Below the pieces are notes generated by a model. It was not told where the DNA came from. It ran no database searches and worked only from the letters and a program-made list of their open reading frames with translations. From Nitrospinales bacterium (GTDB taxonomy: Bacteria > Nitrospinota > Nitrospinia > Nitrospinales > VA-1): 64,000 bases of DNA. Where the stretch lies: NCBI GenBank assembly GCA_965223795.1, contig CBDCXL010000002.1, positions 1,920,001 to 1,984,000 on the forward strand, written 5' to 3'. Within the stretch, counting starts at the first letter, position 1, and each line of letters starts with the position of its first letter. The position numbers and the translations under genes were made by a program. Shown here piece by piece: positions 1-9,477 of the stretch.

Positions 1-315
1 GCCCGCACCTTCGCGCTTGCCGTTTTTGTACGTCCATTCGGTCATCAGCTGTCCGGAAGGATAGTGCATCCGGCTCACGCCGTGCAGCACGCCGTGGTGG
101 TAGTGTTTTTCCCAGAGCAGACGGCCTTGCGGGTCGAATTTTTGCACGCGCTTGTGCGGCAGCCCTTCCTCGTCGACCGTGCCTTTGAGACTCACGTTGC
201 CGTTGGCATGGTGTTCGAGCAGCGGCGCGGCGGCCAGCAGATCCGGTGTTGCAAGGCAAAGCGCGAAACCCGCCGCGATCAGGAGCGCGCGCTTGCGCGA
301 TGCACAGGTTTTCAA
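1..315 (-). CDS. Secreted MORN-variant repeat (YwqK-like) protein, truncated at the window edge
   Basis: Not in the ORF track. Manual translation from TTG at 315 gives a signal-peptide-like start (KRALLIAAGFALCLA), then HYHHGVLHGVSRMHYPSGQLMTEWTYKNGKREG, typical MORN_2-like repeats. It directly follows the 326..1411 gene. Confidence 0.7.
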   Translation of the reverse strand, partial: MKTCASRKRALLIAAGFALCLATPDLLAAAPLLEHHANGNVSLKGTVDEEGLPHKRVQKFDPQGRLLWEKHYHHGVLHGVSRMHYPSGQLMTEWTYKNGKREGAG

Positions 316-325
316 ACTGGAAACG

Positions 326-1411
326 TCATCCCTCGCTGAGGGCGAGCGATTCGATGCGGCTTTTGGCCTGATCGGCTTTTTCAAACGCGCGGTTTTTCTG
401 AAAAATGTGGTGGGCGTTGCGGGCGCGCTCCAGGGCCAGAGCGGCATCGCCCCTTTCCTGGTGAATTTCACTGATGAGAAGATTGGTGTTGCCATCGTCG
501 GGTTTCAACGCCAGCGCGGATTTGAGCGCCCAGAGCGCCATCTCGTAGCTGCCGAGACGGGTTTGGGAGCGGGCCGCGTGGCGGATCAGTTTGATCCTGT
601 CGTCCGGCTGCAGCTGGTTCAGATAGCGCTGCGATTCCAGATACGCGTTGCCCAGCTCCAGCAGGTGACGCCGCATGTTGCCGGGATCGCGTTTGAGTTT
701 TTGCGTCAGAGACTTCAGCTGGCTGCTGAGTTTTTCCAGTGCCGCCTGGTGCGTTTTCAGCGGCTCCTGACTGATTTCATCCTCAAGCGGCATCGGCCCG
801 CCGTGGGACGGCGTTTTGCGTTCCGTGGCTTTCGCCAGCTTTCTTTCCCGTTCGGCGATGCTGACTTCCTGCCGGGGAACCGTGCTTAAAGACGGGACTT
901 GCGATTGCGGCGTCTCGATGCCTCTTAAAAAATCATAGGAAGTGATGCGGACCGAGCTGATGCGTTCCGGTTTTTGTGTGTTGCTTTTGCCCTTCGTGTT
1001 GACGAGCGGCGGCAGATTGCCTCTTAAGGAACGGATCGAGGCCGCGTGATCCTGCTTCAGGATTTTGAACTCCTCCCGTATGCGTTTCACCACATGGGAA
1101 ATATCGATACGGGAACGTTCGATGTCCTTGCGGTAGATTTTGAGAAATTCCTTGAGAGCCTGATTTTCGTTTTTCCATTCCGCCCGGCGGCGTTTCAGCT
1201 CCTCGGCGATTTTGCGGTTCAACGCCTCGGCTTCGGATTGCTGCTGTTTCAGTTCGAGTTCGACCACCTCGCGCAGCTGTTTGGGGCGAAATTCCACCTC
1301 CTCGAAGCCGGAGACCACCACCTGGGCTCCGGCGGTTCCGGACCCGAAACACAGCCCCAGGATGCAAAAAAAGGTTTTAACAGAATTGCGGTCCAAAGCG
1401 CAAACTCTCAA
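326..1411 (-). CDS. Secreted coiled-coil protein with C-terminal TPR-like helices
   Basis: 361-aa ORF with a signal-like N-terminus, E/K/Q/L-rich coiled coil and TPR-like ALWALKSALALKPDDGNTNLLISEIHQERG. Confidence 0.7.
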   Translation of the reverse strand: MRVCALDRNSVKTFFCILGLCFGSGTAGAQVVVSGFEEVEFRPKQLREVVELELKQQQSEAEALNRKIAEELKRRRAEWKNENQALKEFLKIYRKDIERSRIDISHVVKRIREEFKILKQDHAASIRSLRGNLPPLVNTKGKSNTQKPERISSVRITSYDFLRGIETPQSQVPSLSTVPRQEVSIAERERKLAKATERKTPSHGGPMPLEDEISQEPLKTHQAALEKLSSQLKSLTQKLKRDPGNMRRHLLELGNAYLESQRYLNQLQPDDRIKLIRHAARSQTRLGSYEMALWALKSALALKPDDGNTNLLISEIHQERGDAALALERARNAHHIFQKNRAFEKADQAKSRIESLALSEG

Positions 1412-1649
1412 AATGGGTCGTATTGCCGCCGCTGCACAGATAACGCCGCCTGGCGGCGCTCTCTAATATAACTATAATTTTATCAAATATTTGTGAAATT
1501 TTATAGTGTTGGGGCGGGCGCGGCTGCGGAAACGAGACAGAAGGATGGCAGGAAGACGCGCTTCAAACTTATGAAAATCCGGTTTTTAGGGCGGCGGCGG
1601 GGATTGAAATCAGCCCGATCGGGAACGCCTGCGGTTTTGAATGTGCGTT

Positions 1650-1793
1650 TTAGATATAGGGAAGCACGAAGTGGTAGACAGCTCCCACAGCGCAGGTGAG
1701 GTAGAAGAGGACGCCCAGCCAGTTCCACAGAGTCTCTTTCAAGGGACGCGGTTTGGCGGAGGCGTTGTTTTCGGTTGAGGGAGTCGGGCTCAT
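1650..1793 (-). CDS. Small hypothetical membrane protein
   Basis: MSPTPS...WNWLGVLFYLTCAVGAVYHFVLPYI, single C-terminal TM helix. Start uncertain. Confidence 0.45.
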   Translation of the reverse strand: MSPTPSTENNASAKPRPLKETLWNWLGVLFYLTCAVGAVYHFVLPYI

Positions 1794-1979
1794 GCGGGGG
1801 TTGTCGAAACGCATTGCTGGTTTTTGAGTGTGTGTTATTGTAACGATCTTTGGGAAAACCTCCAATCAATTTGTGCGGTGTTTCGGGTTGCCGGAATTCA
1901 CCGGGACCGTCTGCGGTTTTTGCCGGGCTTCCTGAGTCTTCCGGAAGTGTGGTTTAGAATCGAAGGATCGTGAAAACGT

Positions 1980-2363
1980 ATGGGACTGTTAGACTGGTTC
2001 GAAAGCAAGGCCATGCGGCAGTACAAAGCGCGGGTGGCGCAAAATCCCGACGACGCGGAGGCGCATTTTTATCTGGGCGCGGCCTATGAAGAAAAAGGGA
2101 ATGCCCGCAAGGCGATCCAGGAATTCAGAGAGGCCCTGAGAATCCACCCCAAATCCGCGGAAGCGCACTTCAACCTGGGGGTCCTGTACGAGAGCCTCAA
2201 CGAAGGCAAACCGGCGGTGTATCACATTCTGAAGGCGGGCAACCTGTTCGGTGAAAAGGGGGACATGAAAAACAAGGAAAAGGCCCGCAAACGGCTGCGC
2301 GAGTATTACCAGAAATTCGGGTTCACGCCCGAAGACGCTGAAAACATGGAGGGTCCCTCTTAA
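1980..2363 (+). CDS. Tetratricopeptide repeat protein
   Basis: Two canonical TPRs (PDDAEAHFYLGAAY; PKSAEAHFNLGVLY). Confidence 0.85.
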   Translation: MGLLDWFESKAMRQYKARVAQNPDDAEAHFYLGAAYEEKGNARKAIQEFREALRIHPKSAEAHFNLGVLYESLNEGKPAVYHILKAGNLFGEKGDMKNKEKARKRLREYYQKFGFTPEDAENMEGPS

Positions 2364-2824
2364 GGCCCGAGCTGGCGGATGGCTTCATACACGACAATGC
2401 TGACCGCGTTGGCCAGATTGAGCGACCGGACCCGGTCGTCGTACTGCGGGATCCGGAACACCTGATTCGCCGGGTTTTCCCGCACGGCCTCACTCAACCC
2501 CTCCGTCTCGTTGCCAAAAAACAGATACGACCCCGGTTCAAACCGGTGCCGGTAGAACACGGTTTGCGCCTTGGTGGAAAAAAACACTCGGGGAGCTTCC
2601 TTCGGGATTGCTTTCATGAATGCGGAAAAGGTTTCGTGCTGTTTCACCGTCACGTGCTTCCAATAATCGAGTCCCGCGCGCTTGAGCTGGGAGTCATTGA
2701 TTTCAAAGCCTAAAGGTCCGATCAAATGCAGGGTGGAACCGGTCGCCAGGCAAAGTCTGCCAATGGAGCCGGTGTTCACCGGAATTTTGGGTTCCACAAG
2801 AACCACTTGCAGGTTGTGCGGCAT
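2360..2824 (-). CDS. trmL: tRNA (cytidine/uridine(34)-2'-O)-methyltransferase, SpoU family
   Basis: VVLVEPKIPVNTGSIGRLC, LKRAGLDYW, FGNETEGL, VRSLNLANAVSIVVYEA. Confidence 0.92.
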   Translation of the reverse strand: MPHNLQVVLVEPKIPVNTGSIGRLCLATGSTLHLIGPLGFEINDSQLKRAGLDYWKHVTVKQHETFSAFMKAIPKEAPRVFFSTKAQTVFYRHRFEPGSYLFFGNETEGLSEAVRENPANQVFRIPQYDDRVRSLNLANAVSIVVYEAIRQLGP

Positions 2825-3046
2825 CGTTTTGTTGTTTGACAGAGGGTAAAATTAAATTTGCGCTATTCCGGTGTGCAGCCTAAATTTTGAACAGTTTCTT
2901 CCGGATCACCCGGAGGGCGCAGATCATTCATATTTTGCGAAAGGCCCCCATACTTTCAAATTCCGGTCTATAGTGTACCGCAGTCGCAGGATGTCAGGAA
3001 TAAACCGGCACGAATTCCTTGTGAACCACTCAGAAGGAGGTTGTCC

Positions 3047-3490
3047 ATGGGCACCAAGCATGTTCCGCACCACTTTTCCAAAAAAAATGAAGAACATCTT
3101 GAAGAAATCGGCGATTACATGAAATCCCCCCCGATCAGCGTCGACGTAAAGTCCTCTGTGAAGGAAGCGGCGGAGGTCATGCACGACAAGCTCATCGGAT
3201 CGTTGCTGATCAAAGACGGCGAGGAATTTGTCGGCATCATGACCGAAACGGATATCTCCCGGAAAGTGGTTGCCACTGGGTTGAAGGCGGACTCCACCCC
3301 GGTTTCCGAGGTGATGACGCATCCGATTCTCTCGATGGATATTGCCACAAGGGTTGAGCAGGCGAACATCTACATGGCGAACCACAAAGTGCGGCACCTC
3401 GGTGTGACACGGGATGACAAGATCGTGGGCATCCTTTCGGTGCGAGACCTGGTGTCGTTTTTTGCCAACCCGAGGATGCGGACCTGGTGA
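3047..3490 (+). CDS. CBS domain-pair protein
   Basis: Two CBS domains (GIMTETDI; VRHLGV; GILSVRDL). GGAGG RBS precedes ATG 3047. Confidence 0.88.
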   Translation: MGTKHVPHHFSKKNEEHLEEIGDYMKSPPISVDVKSSVKEAAEVMHDKLIGSLLIKDGEEFVGIMTETDISRKVVATGLKADSTPVSEVMTHPILSMDIATRVEQANIYMANHKVRHLGVTRDDKIVGILSVRDLVSFFANPRMRTW

Positions 3491-3571
3491 ATGGATGTCA
3501 GCGCCTTGATTTATTGCGAACGCATTCAACGGAGAAACTGCAATATTCTCTCAACCTGACAGGAGTCAATA

Positions 3572-4015
3572 ATGAAAAACGATCACAACGACCAATTACC
3601 GGGTGAGTCGGACCTTCTTCTGGAAGAAATCGGGGACTACATGAGTTCGCCGGTGCTGACCGTGGATTCCCAGGCATCGGTTCAGGAAGCTGCTCAATAC
3701 ATGCATGCGAGCAATGTCGGCTGTCTTCTGGTGCAGGAATTCGACAACTACATCGGGATCCTGACGGAATCGGACCTGACCCGCAAAGTCGTCAGTAAGG
3801 GGCTCAATTCCGAATCGATACAGGTGTCTTCCATCATGTCGAAACCTTTGCACAAGCTGGACCGGTTCCTGCCGGTGGAGGAAGCCAACGAATTCATGCA
3901 CAAAAACAAAATCCGCCACATTGCGGTCACCGAGGAAGACAAGGTCGTGGGCGTTCTTTCGGTCAAGGACCTTGTGGCCTATTACGCAAAGTCCTCTTTC
4001 CGCATGAACGAATGA
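3572..4015 (+). CDS. CBS domain-pair protein, paralog of the upstream gene
   Basis: GILTESDL, IRHIAV, GVLSVKDL. Shares EEIGDYMxSP with the neighbour. AGGAG RBS. Confidence 0.88.
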   Translation: MKNDHNDQLPGESDLLLEEIGDYMSSPVLTVDSQASVQEAAQYMHASNVGCLLVQEFDNYIGILTESDLTRKVVSKGLNSESIQVSSIMSKPLHKLDRFLPVEEANEFMHKNKIRHIAVTEEDKVVGVLSVKDLVAYYAKSSFRMNE

Positions 4016-4099
4016 GGTTCACCCTGCCAGGGTTTGCCGGCATCCGTTTTTTCGACCTGGATTTCTAAGATCCCGCTTCGATGTGAGTTCGGAGCGGGA

Positions 4100-6520
4100 T
4101 CATTCTTGTGCGTCGGTGGGCTGGTTCTGCGCGGTTTTCGGCGAGGATGCATTGGGATTGCCGATATCGAACAGCGCCGGAAGCATGAACAGCGCGCTGA
4201 TGGTGCAGGTGATGATGCCCAGCTCGACGAGGGTCGCGATGGAGCGGATACCATTGTGAGAGGAAATGTTGAGGCTCACATAACCCGCCAGGCTGGTTCC
4301 TGCGCAAAGCAATATGGCGCTGCCGGTTTCCTTGACGGACTCGATGGTGCTTCGCTTCGGGTTGTCGAGGATGTGGTGTGCGAGATAGATGCAATGGTCG
4401 ATCATGATTCCGACGATCGAAGGCAGCATGACGAAATTGATGAAATTGAGCTTGACGTGAAACACGCTCATCAATGCCCCGGTCAGAGCCAGTCCCAGAA
4501 ATAAGGGCAGGAAGGTATTCAACGCCAGCCGCAGACTCTGCAGATCGATCACCAGGATGAGCAGCACGAGGCCCATGGCGATCCCCAGCGCCTTGGGCCC
4601 TTTTTCTTTCACCCAGTCCAGAATCTCGGCAGCGAGGAGATTTTCGTTCAGGATGGCGGTCTCGATGTCGTACTGCTTCAGATGCTCCTTGAGCGCGAGG
4701 ATTTCATCCTCCAGCTTGTAGATATTGCGCACATCGAAAAAATTCTTGTCGGCGGGGGAGTACATCAGCAGTATGTATTCGTCCTCGATGGTGAACTTTT
4801 TGCGCAGGATTTCAGGCACGGCATTTTCATCAAACGGTTTGCTGTAGATCAGTTTTTTCAGTTTTTCGAATCTCCGCTTACCCAGGGACAGTTGAATGAT
4901 GTCCTCGTTTTCCTCAAACACTTCGCGGATCCGTTTCAACACTTCTTTTTTGGATTCATATTCCTTTTTGCTGAACAGGTTCAGCGACAGATGCAGGCCG
5001 ATCGTTGAATCCTTTTCGTTTTCGTATTTGATCTTCTCCAGCGCCTGATGGATGTAAAAAAGGTTTTCTTTTTTCGGCGTCAGGATGACCGTGGGCGAGA
5101 AGGCATAACCGAAATCGTTCGTGCTCGCGGTTTCGTAATCCGCGGCGGGCGAATGGCCGCGCAGCTCCTGAAAATCGTATTCGAATTTGAGTCCGGGGAG
5201 CAGCAGGGCGCTTCCTGTCATCAGCAGGATGAACAGCAGGATCAAAAACCAGGGAGAGGAAGAATACAGATTTGAAATTTTCAGCGTGAACACGCGCGGT
5301 CGGGGTTTTCTCAGCCAGTGGACTTTGTCGTAGAAAAGCACCTGAGCGGGAAAAATAAAAAAATAAGTGATGAAGGCGCACAGAATTCCCATGACCGCGA
5401 TCTTGCCGAATTCCGAAAATCCCTTGAAATCGGAAAAGACCAGGATCGAAAACACGCTGATCGTGGTCAGCATGGCGATGACGCTGGAACGGCCGACCTG
5501 GGTCATCACGGTTTCGACGGCATCGCGGATCGTGCGGCCTTTGAGCAGCTCCTGTTTGAAGCGGATGTACAAATGGATGCCATAGTCCACGCCGAGGCCC
5601 ATGAGGATGGCCACCAGGAACCCGGATATGATGTTGACGTGCCCTATGAAAACTTTGGTGAGCGCGAAGGTGTAGGACAGAGACAACAGCAAGGGCACGA
5701 TGATGAGCGGGATGGAAAAACCCGATCGGGTGTACAGGACGATGATCAGGGTCGCCAGCGTGGCGGCGAGCAGGGCGGCTTTTTTCAGATCGCGCACCAC
5801 GGTTTCGTTTTCTTCCAGACGCACCATCAGCGAACCGGTGAAATGAATCTTCAGGCCGGGCGCGTGCTTGTAGAGATTGAGCTGTTCGATCTTCTGGTTG
5901 ATGTAGAAAACGAAATAGGAAGTGAAGTCGGTGTCGGTGACCGTTCCCTGGGGCTGGACGAAGATGTAATAATTCTGCTTTTTGCGCCCTTTGTAATGAG
6001 GGTCGATGTCTTCGAAAATCTGGTACTTGTCCGCCAGTTTTTTGAGCGCGTCCGGATTGAAATCTTCCGGGTCGAGGGTGAAAAAGCCCGACAACTGGCC
6101 GCGCGCGTAGTCGATGGCTTCGTCCATGAGATCCTCCAGTTTCATGAGGTCCCGTAGCGGCGCCATGTACAGTTGGTGGTTGTCGATGAAATCCTTGGGA
6201 ATCTTGGAATCGACGTAACGGACTTCCGGCAGGCTTTCCAGACCGAGCGTGAGCCGTTCGATCACTTTCGGCGCTTTTCTCGGATCCAGGTTTTCCAGCA
6301 CCAGCACCAGCGGTCCCGATCCGCCGATCTTCTCGACCACGTGATTGAACTCTTTGATGAGTTCCAGCTCCTGCGGCAGGAGATTGTCCATCCTGGGGTT
6401 GTAGCTCAGCTGGGAGGCGGTCCGTATCGAGAGCACACACAATACCAGCGCCAGGAGGATGAGCACGCCGGGGTGACGGACGGTGATGTTGAGGAAACAC
6501 CATCTAAGAACGGATTTCAC
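4100..6520 (-). CDS. MMPL/RND-family lipid transporter
   Basis: 806 aa, two halves of TM + periplasmic loop + 5 TM, with GLGVDYGIH and GIMIDHCIY motifs. Confidence 0.85.
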   Translation of the reverse strand: MKSVLRWCFLNITVRHPGVLILLALVLCVLSIRTASQLSYNPRMDNLLPQELELIKEFNHVVEKIGGSGPLVLVLENLDPRKAPKVIERLTLGLESLPEVRYVDSKIPKDFIDNHQLYMAPLRDLMKLEDLMDEAIDYARGQLSGFFTLDPEDFNPDALKKLADKYQIFEDIDPHYKGRKKQNYYIFVQPQGTVTDTDFTSYFVFYINQKIEQLNLYKHAPGLKIHFTGSLMVRLEENETVVRDLKKAALLAATLATLIIVLYTRSGFSIPLIIVPLLLSLSYTFALTKVFIGHVNIISGFLVAILMGLGVDYGIHLYIRFKQELLKGRTIRDAVETVMTQVGRSSVIAMLTTISVFSILVFSDFKGFSEFGKIAVMGILCAFITYFFIFPAQVLFYDKVHWLRKPRPRVFTLKISNLYSSSPWFLILLFILLMTGSALLLPGLKFEYDFQELRGHSPAADYETASTNDFGYAFSPTVILTPKKENLFYIHQALEKIKYENEKDSTIGLHLSLNLFSKKEYESKKEVLKRIREVFEENEDIIQLSLGKRRFEKLKKLIYSKPFDENAVPEILRKKFTIEDEYILLMYSPADKNFFDVRNIYKLEDEILALKEHLKQYDIETAILNENLLAAEILDWVKEKGPKALGIAMGLVLLILVIDLQSLRLALNTFLPLFLGLALTGALMSVFHVKLNFINFVMLPSIVGIMIDHCIYLAHHILDNPKRSTIESVKETGSAILLCAGTSLAGYVSLNISSHNGIRSIATLVELGIITCTISALFMLPALFDIGNPNASSPKTAQNQPTDAQE

Positions 6521-7370
6521 TTTGGATCACCCATCGGTGTGCGATTAGCGTGAGTATCAGCTGCAGGGCCATGAGAACGGCCAGCAGGGGAAGCGCCTGA
6601 CGCAGCAGGCCGGTAACTGCAAGCAGGATGAAAATGAAGAGCACGAAGTCGGGGCCATTCCATTTCCACAGCGACATCAAAGGTTTTGCCCGGTTCAGGT
6701 ACGCGGCTCGCTGTTCCTGCGACAGAGGCTGCTGCAAGTCGTGCGCGGCCTGGTCTGTGTCGAAACGATCGAGCGAAACCCAGCGGCCCTGAAACAGAAA
6801 CTGCTGCATCTGCAGATAATAAAAATAAACCACGGACAGGCGGGAACCGGTATCACGGTGTTTGAGATAGGCGTCGAGGATGTCTTTTTTACTGGCGTCG
6901 AAACCTTCCTGGATGACAGAAGTCATGGTCTGCTTGCAGTAATCGTAAGATATGGCCTTGATGATGGTCAGCACCGTGATGGCTGCCAACGACCCGTAAA
7001 GGCCTTTGAGCCCCACCATCATACCGATCACCACCGCAAGATACGAGATGTAACCCGCGATTCCGTCGAGAATTCTGCCCCACTCGCTGGACACGCCCTT
7101 GGCGCGGGCCAGCTGCCCGTCGGCGCAGTCGAGCAACAGGGTGATCTCCAGCAGGACGGCCGCCGCCACCGTGGCGGCGACGGTTCCCCGGCTGAAACCG
7201 TATGCCGAACTCAGGCCGAACAGGATGGACGCGTAGGTCACCTGGTCGGGCGTCACCGGGGTGTTCTTCAAAAGCGATACCAGACGGGCGGCGATGGGAA
7301 CGTGCAGGTACTGGTTGACGGGTTCCACCAGGTGGGTCAGGACATGGCTTTTTTCTTCAGAATGCGCCAC
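6504..7370 (-). CDS. CDP-alcohol phosphatidyltransferase family protein
   Basis: VTPDQVT and DCADGQLAR...GRILDG motifs, several TM helices. Confidence 0.85.
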   Translation of the reverse strand: MAHSEEKSHVLTHLVEPVNQYLHVPIAARLVSLLKNTPVTPDQVTYASILFGLSSAYGFSRGTVAATVAAAVLLEITLLLDCADGQLARAKGVSSEWGRILDGIAGYISYLAVVIGMMVGLKGLYGSLAAITVLTIIKAISYDYCKQTMTSVIQEGFDASKKDILDAYLKHRDTGSRLSVVYFYYLQMQQFLFQGRWVSLDRFDTDQAAHDLQQPLSQEQRAAYLNRAKPLMSLWKWNGPDFVLFIFILLAVTGLLRQALPLLAVLMALQLILTLIAHRWVIQSEIRS

Positions 7371-7373
7371 AAC

Positions 7374-8378
7374 TCAAAGCCATCGATGTTCTTTGTACCA
7401 GCCCAGGGTTTGCTCCAACCCTGTTTTTAGATCGTACTTGGGTTGAAACTGATAGTGTTTGAAAAATTTTTCCGCAGAGGCGGTCCAGGTGCTCTGCCGG
7501 ATGTCGATCATTTTCTGCCGGTCCAGCAGGGGCGGCTGCGAGCTGAAGATGGAATAAAATTCGGTGAAGATTCCGATCAGAGGCATCCATTTTTCAGAAA
7601 TGTGAATCGTGCGCGGCTCGATTTTTAAAATCCGGGCTGTCTGCCGCGCCACTTCCGCCCAGGGGTACTCGTTGCCGTCGGTGGTGAAAAATGCGGAACC
7701 GCTTTCTGAGTGTTGTTCCGCGGCGGCAAGCATGGCGTCGATCAGATCCTCAACGTGGATCAGCGACAGCACGCGGTCGCCGGTTCCCATCTCGATGTTC
7801 CAGCCTTTGGCGATGGATTTGAAAAACGTGAAGATGTTTTTCTCGCCCGGTCCGTACACCACAGGCGGGCGCAGAATGACGATGGGAATCGACTCGGCGT
7901 GATGCTTGGCGATGACTTCTCCGGCGAGCTTGGATTTTCCATAGTGCGTCACCGGGTGGCAAGGCGATCCCTCGTGCACCGGGTGCGCGAGGGAGGACGG
8001 CCCGACGGCGGCGAGGCTGCTGAGATGAACGACGCGCTTGAGCTTTTCGGCGTGCTTTACGCAGCTTTCGTACAGGATTTCGCAGGCCTGGGTGTTGGCC
8101 TTGAAATATTCCTCGCGTCCCTTGGCCAGGGTGAGGCCGGCGCAATGGAACAGAAAATCCGCCTGCTTCAGCAGGTCGGCGGGAAGCGGCTCCAGGAGAT
8201 CTCCTGTGGTGAGGTGCACATTGGGCCGCTTGAGCCCCGTGACGTCGCTGGTTTCACGAACCAGGCAATGCACGGTGCACTGACGCGCGACCAGGCGTTC
8301 CACCATGTTTTTGCCGATGAAACCCGTGGCGCCGGTGACGAGGACCGTCGCGCCGTCAATGGAGGCATTCTCGTTCAT
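7374..8378 (-). CDS. NAD-dependent epimerase/dehydratase (extended SDR), candidate ceramide reductase (CerR-like)
   Basis: VTGATGFIG Rossmann motif, SSLAA, YGKSK, RPPVVYGP. The CerR role is inferred from operon context. Confidence 0.8.
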   Translation of the reverse strand: MNENASIDGATVLVTGATGFIGKNMVERLVARQCTVHCLVRETSDVTGLKRPNVHLTTGDLLEPLPADLLKQADFLFHCAGLTLAKGREEYFKANTQACEILYESCVKHAEKLKRVVHLSSLAAVGPSSLAHPVHEGSPCHPVTHYGKSKLAGEVIAKHHAESIPIVILRPPVVYGPGEKNIFTFFKSIAKGWNIEMGTGDRVLSLIHVEDLIDAMLAAAEQHSESGSAFFTTDGNEYPWAEVARQTARILKIEPRTIHISEKWMPLIGIFTEFYSIFSSQPPLLDRQKMIDIRQSTWTASAEKFFKHYQFQPKYDLKTGLEQTLGWYKEHRWL

Positions 8379-9477
8379 AGATGCGGTGCCGCTTGTAGAC
8401 CTTGCTGTTCATTCGATACAACGGAGCCAGCATGGCCTGGTTGTCTTCGAGAACCCAGGACATTTCCACCCGGTGGGCCCGGTGTTCGGTCATCCATTTG
8501 TAGGTTTCGTAGTACAGGCTCACGTCGATCCCCAGACGCTGGAAATCTTTTTTCACGCCCAAAGTCAGCACCCGGTAATCGGTGATCTTTTTTTTGTTGA
8601 GCTGGTATTTCACCAGCCCGACCGGAAACAGTTTCCCGTTCATCGACTTCGTGGCCTGATTCATGTCGGGGATGCACAACGAAAAACCCACGGGCTCGCC
8701 GTTTTTTTCCGCGATGAAGCAGAGGTCGGGCAGGACGATGGTCTTCAGTTCCCTGGCGGCAAACGCGAACTCCTTGCGGGTCATCGGCACGAATCCCCAG
8801 TTTCGGCTCCAGGCTGAATTGTACACGTCCCAGATGTGATCGATTTCCTCATCATAGGCGTTCATCCTCAGCGGCCGGATGGAGAAATGGTTTCGCTTGC
8901 GGATCTTGACGATCGCGCGTTCCAGGTAGTTCGGAACTTTAAACGGGCACAGGTACAGAGAGAGCAGGTCCTTGGCTTTTTTCAGGCCCCAGTCCGTCAG
9001 CAGTTTCGAATAATAGGGCGGATTGTAGGGGATGCCGATCATGGGACGTTTGTCGAATCCCTCGACGAGGAGGCCGCACTCGTGGTTGGTGGACAGGTTC
9101 ATCGGACCGATGAGCTTGTCCGCTCCCTGGGAGCGGCACCAGTCGTATGCGGTGTCGAGCAGGAGATTGGCCGTTTTGGCGTCGTCGATGCATTCAAACA
9201 GGCCGAAAAAGCAGACGTTTTCCGAGTGAAACGCGTTGTGGGACCGATCCAAGATCAGCGCAATGCGGCCGACGGGCTCACGCTGGTTGGAAAGGGCGAG
9301 GAACAGATCGACCCGGGCGTGTTCGAAAAAAGGATTGATGCCGGTGTTGAGGAATTTTTTGCGCTCGAAGAGCAGCGGCGGCACCCACAGCGGGTAGTTG
9401 TGGTAGATCTTCCAGGGCAGCCGAATGAATTTCTTTCTGTCGGATTCGGATTCGACCTTTTTTACCGCAAGCAACAT
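8356..9477 (-). CDS. Tandem-GNAT N-acyltransferase, candidate bacterial ceramide synthase (bCerS-like)
   Basis: KFIRLPWKIY...WVPPL, NPFFEH, GRIA, FGLFECIDD, GPMNLSTNHECGLLVEGF, YNPPYY, NWGFVPMT, SWVLEDN. Directly downstream of the SPT-like gene. Confidence 0.75.
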   Translation of the reverse strand: MLLAVKKVESESDRKKFIRLPWKIYHNYPLWVPPLLFERKKFLNTGINPFFEHARVDLFLALSNQREPVGRIALILDRSHNAFHSENVCFFGLFECIDDAKTANLLLDTAYDWCRSQGADKLIGPMNLSTNHECGLLVEGFDKRPMIGIPYNPPYYSKLLTDWGLKKAKDLLSLYLCPFKVPNYLERAIVKIRKRNHFSIRPLRMNAYDEEIDHIWDVYNSAWSRNWGFVPMTRKEFAFAARELKTIVLPDLCFIAEKNGEPVGFSLCIPDMNQATKSMNGKLFPVGLVKYQLNKKKITDYRVLTLGVKKDFQRLGIDVSLYYETYKWMTEHRAHRVEMSWVLEDNQAMLAPLYRMNSKVYKRHRIYERECLH

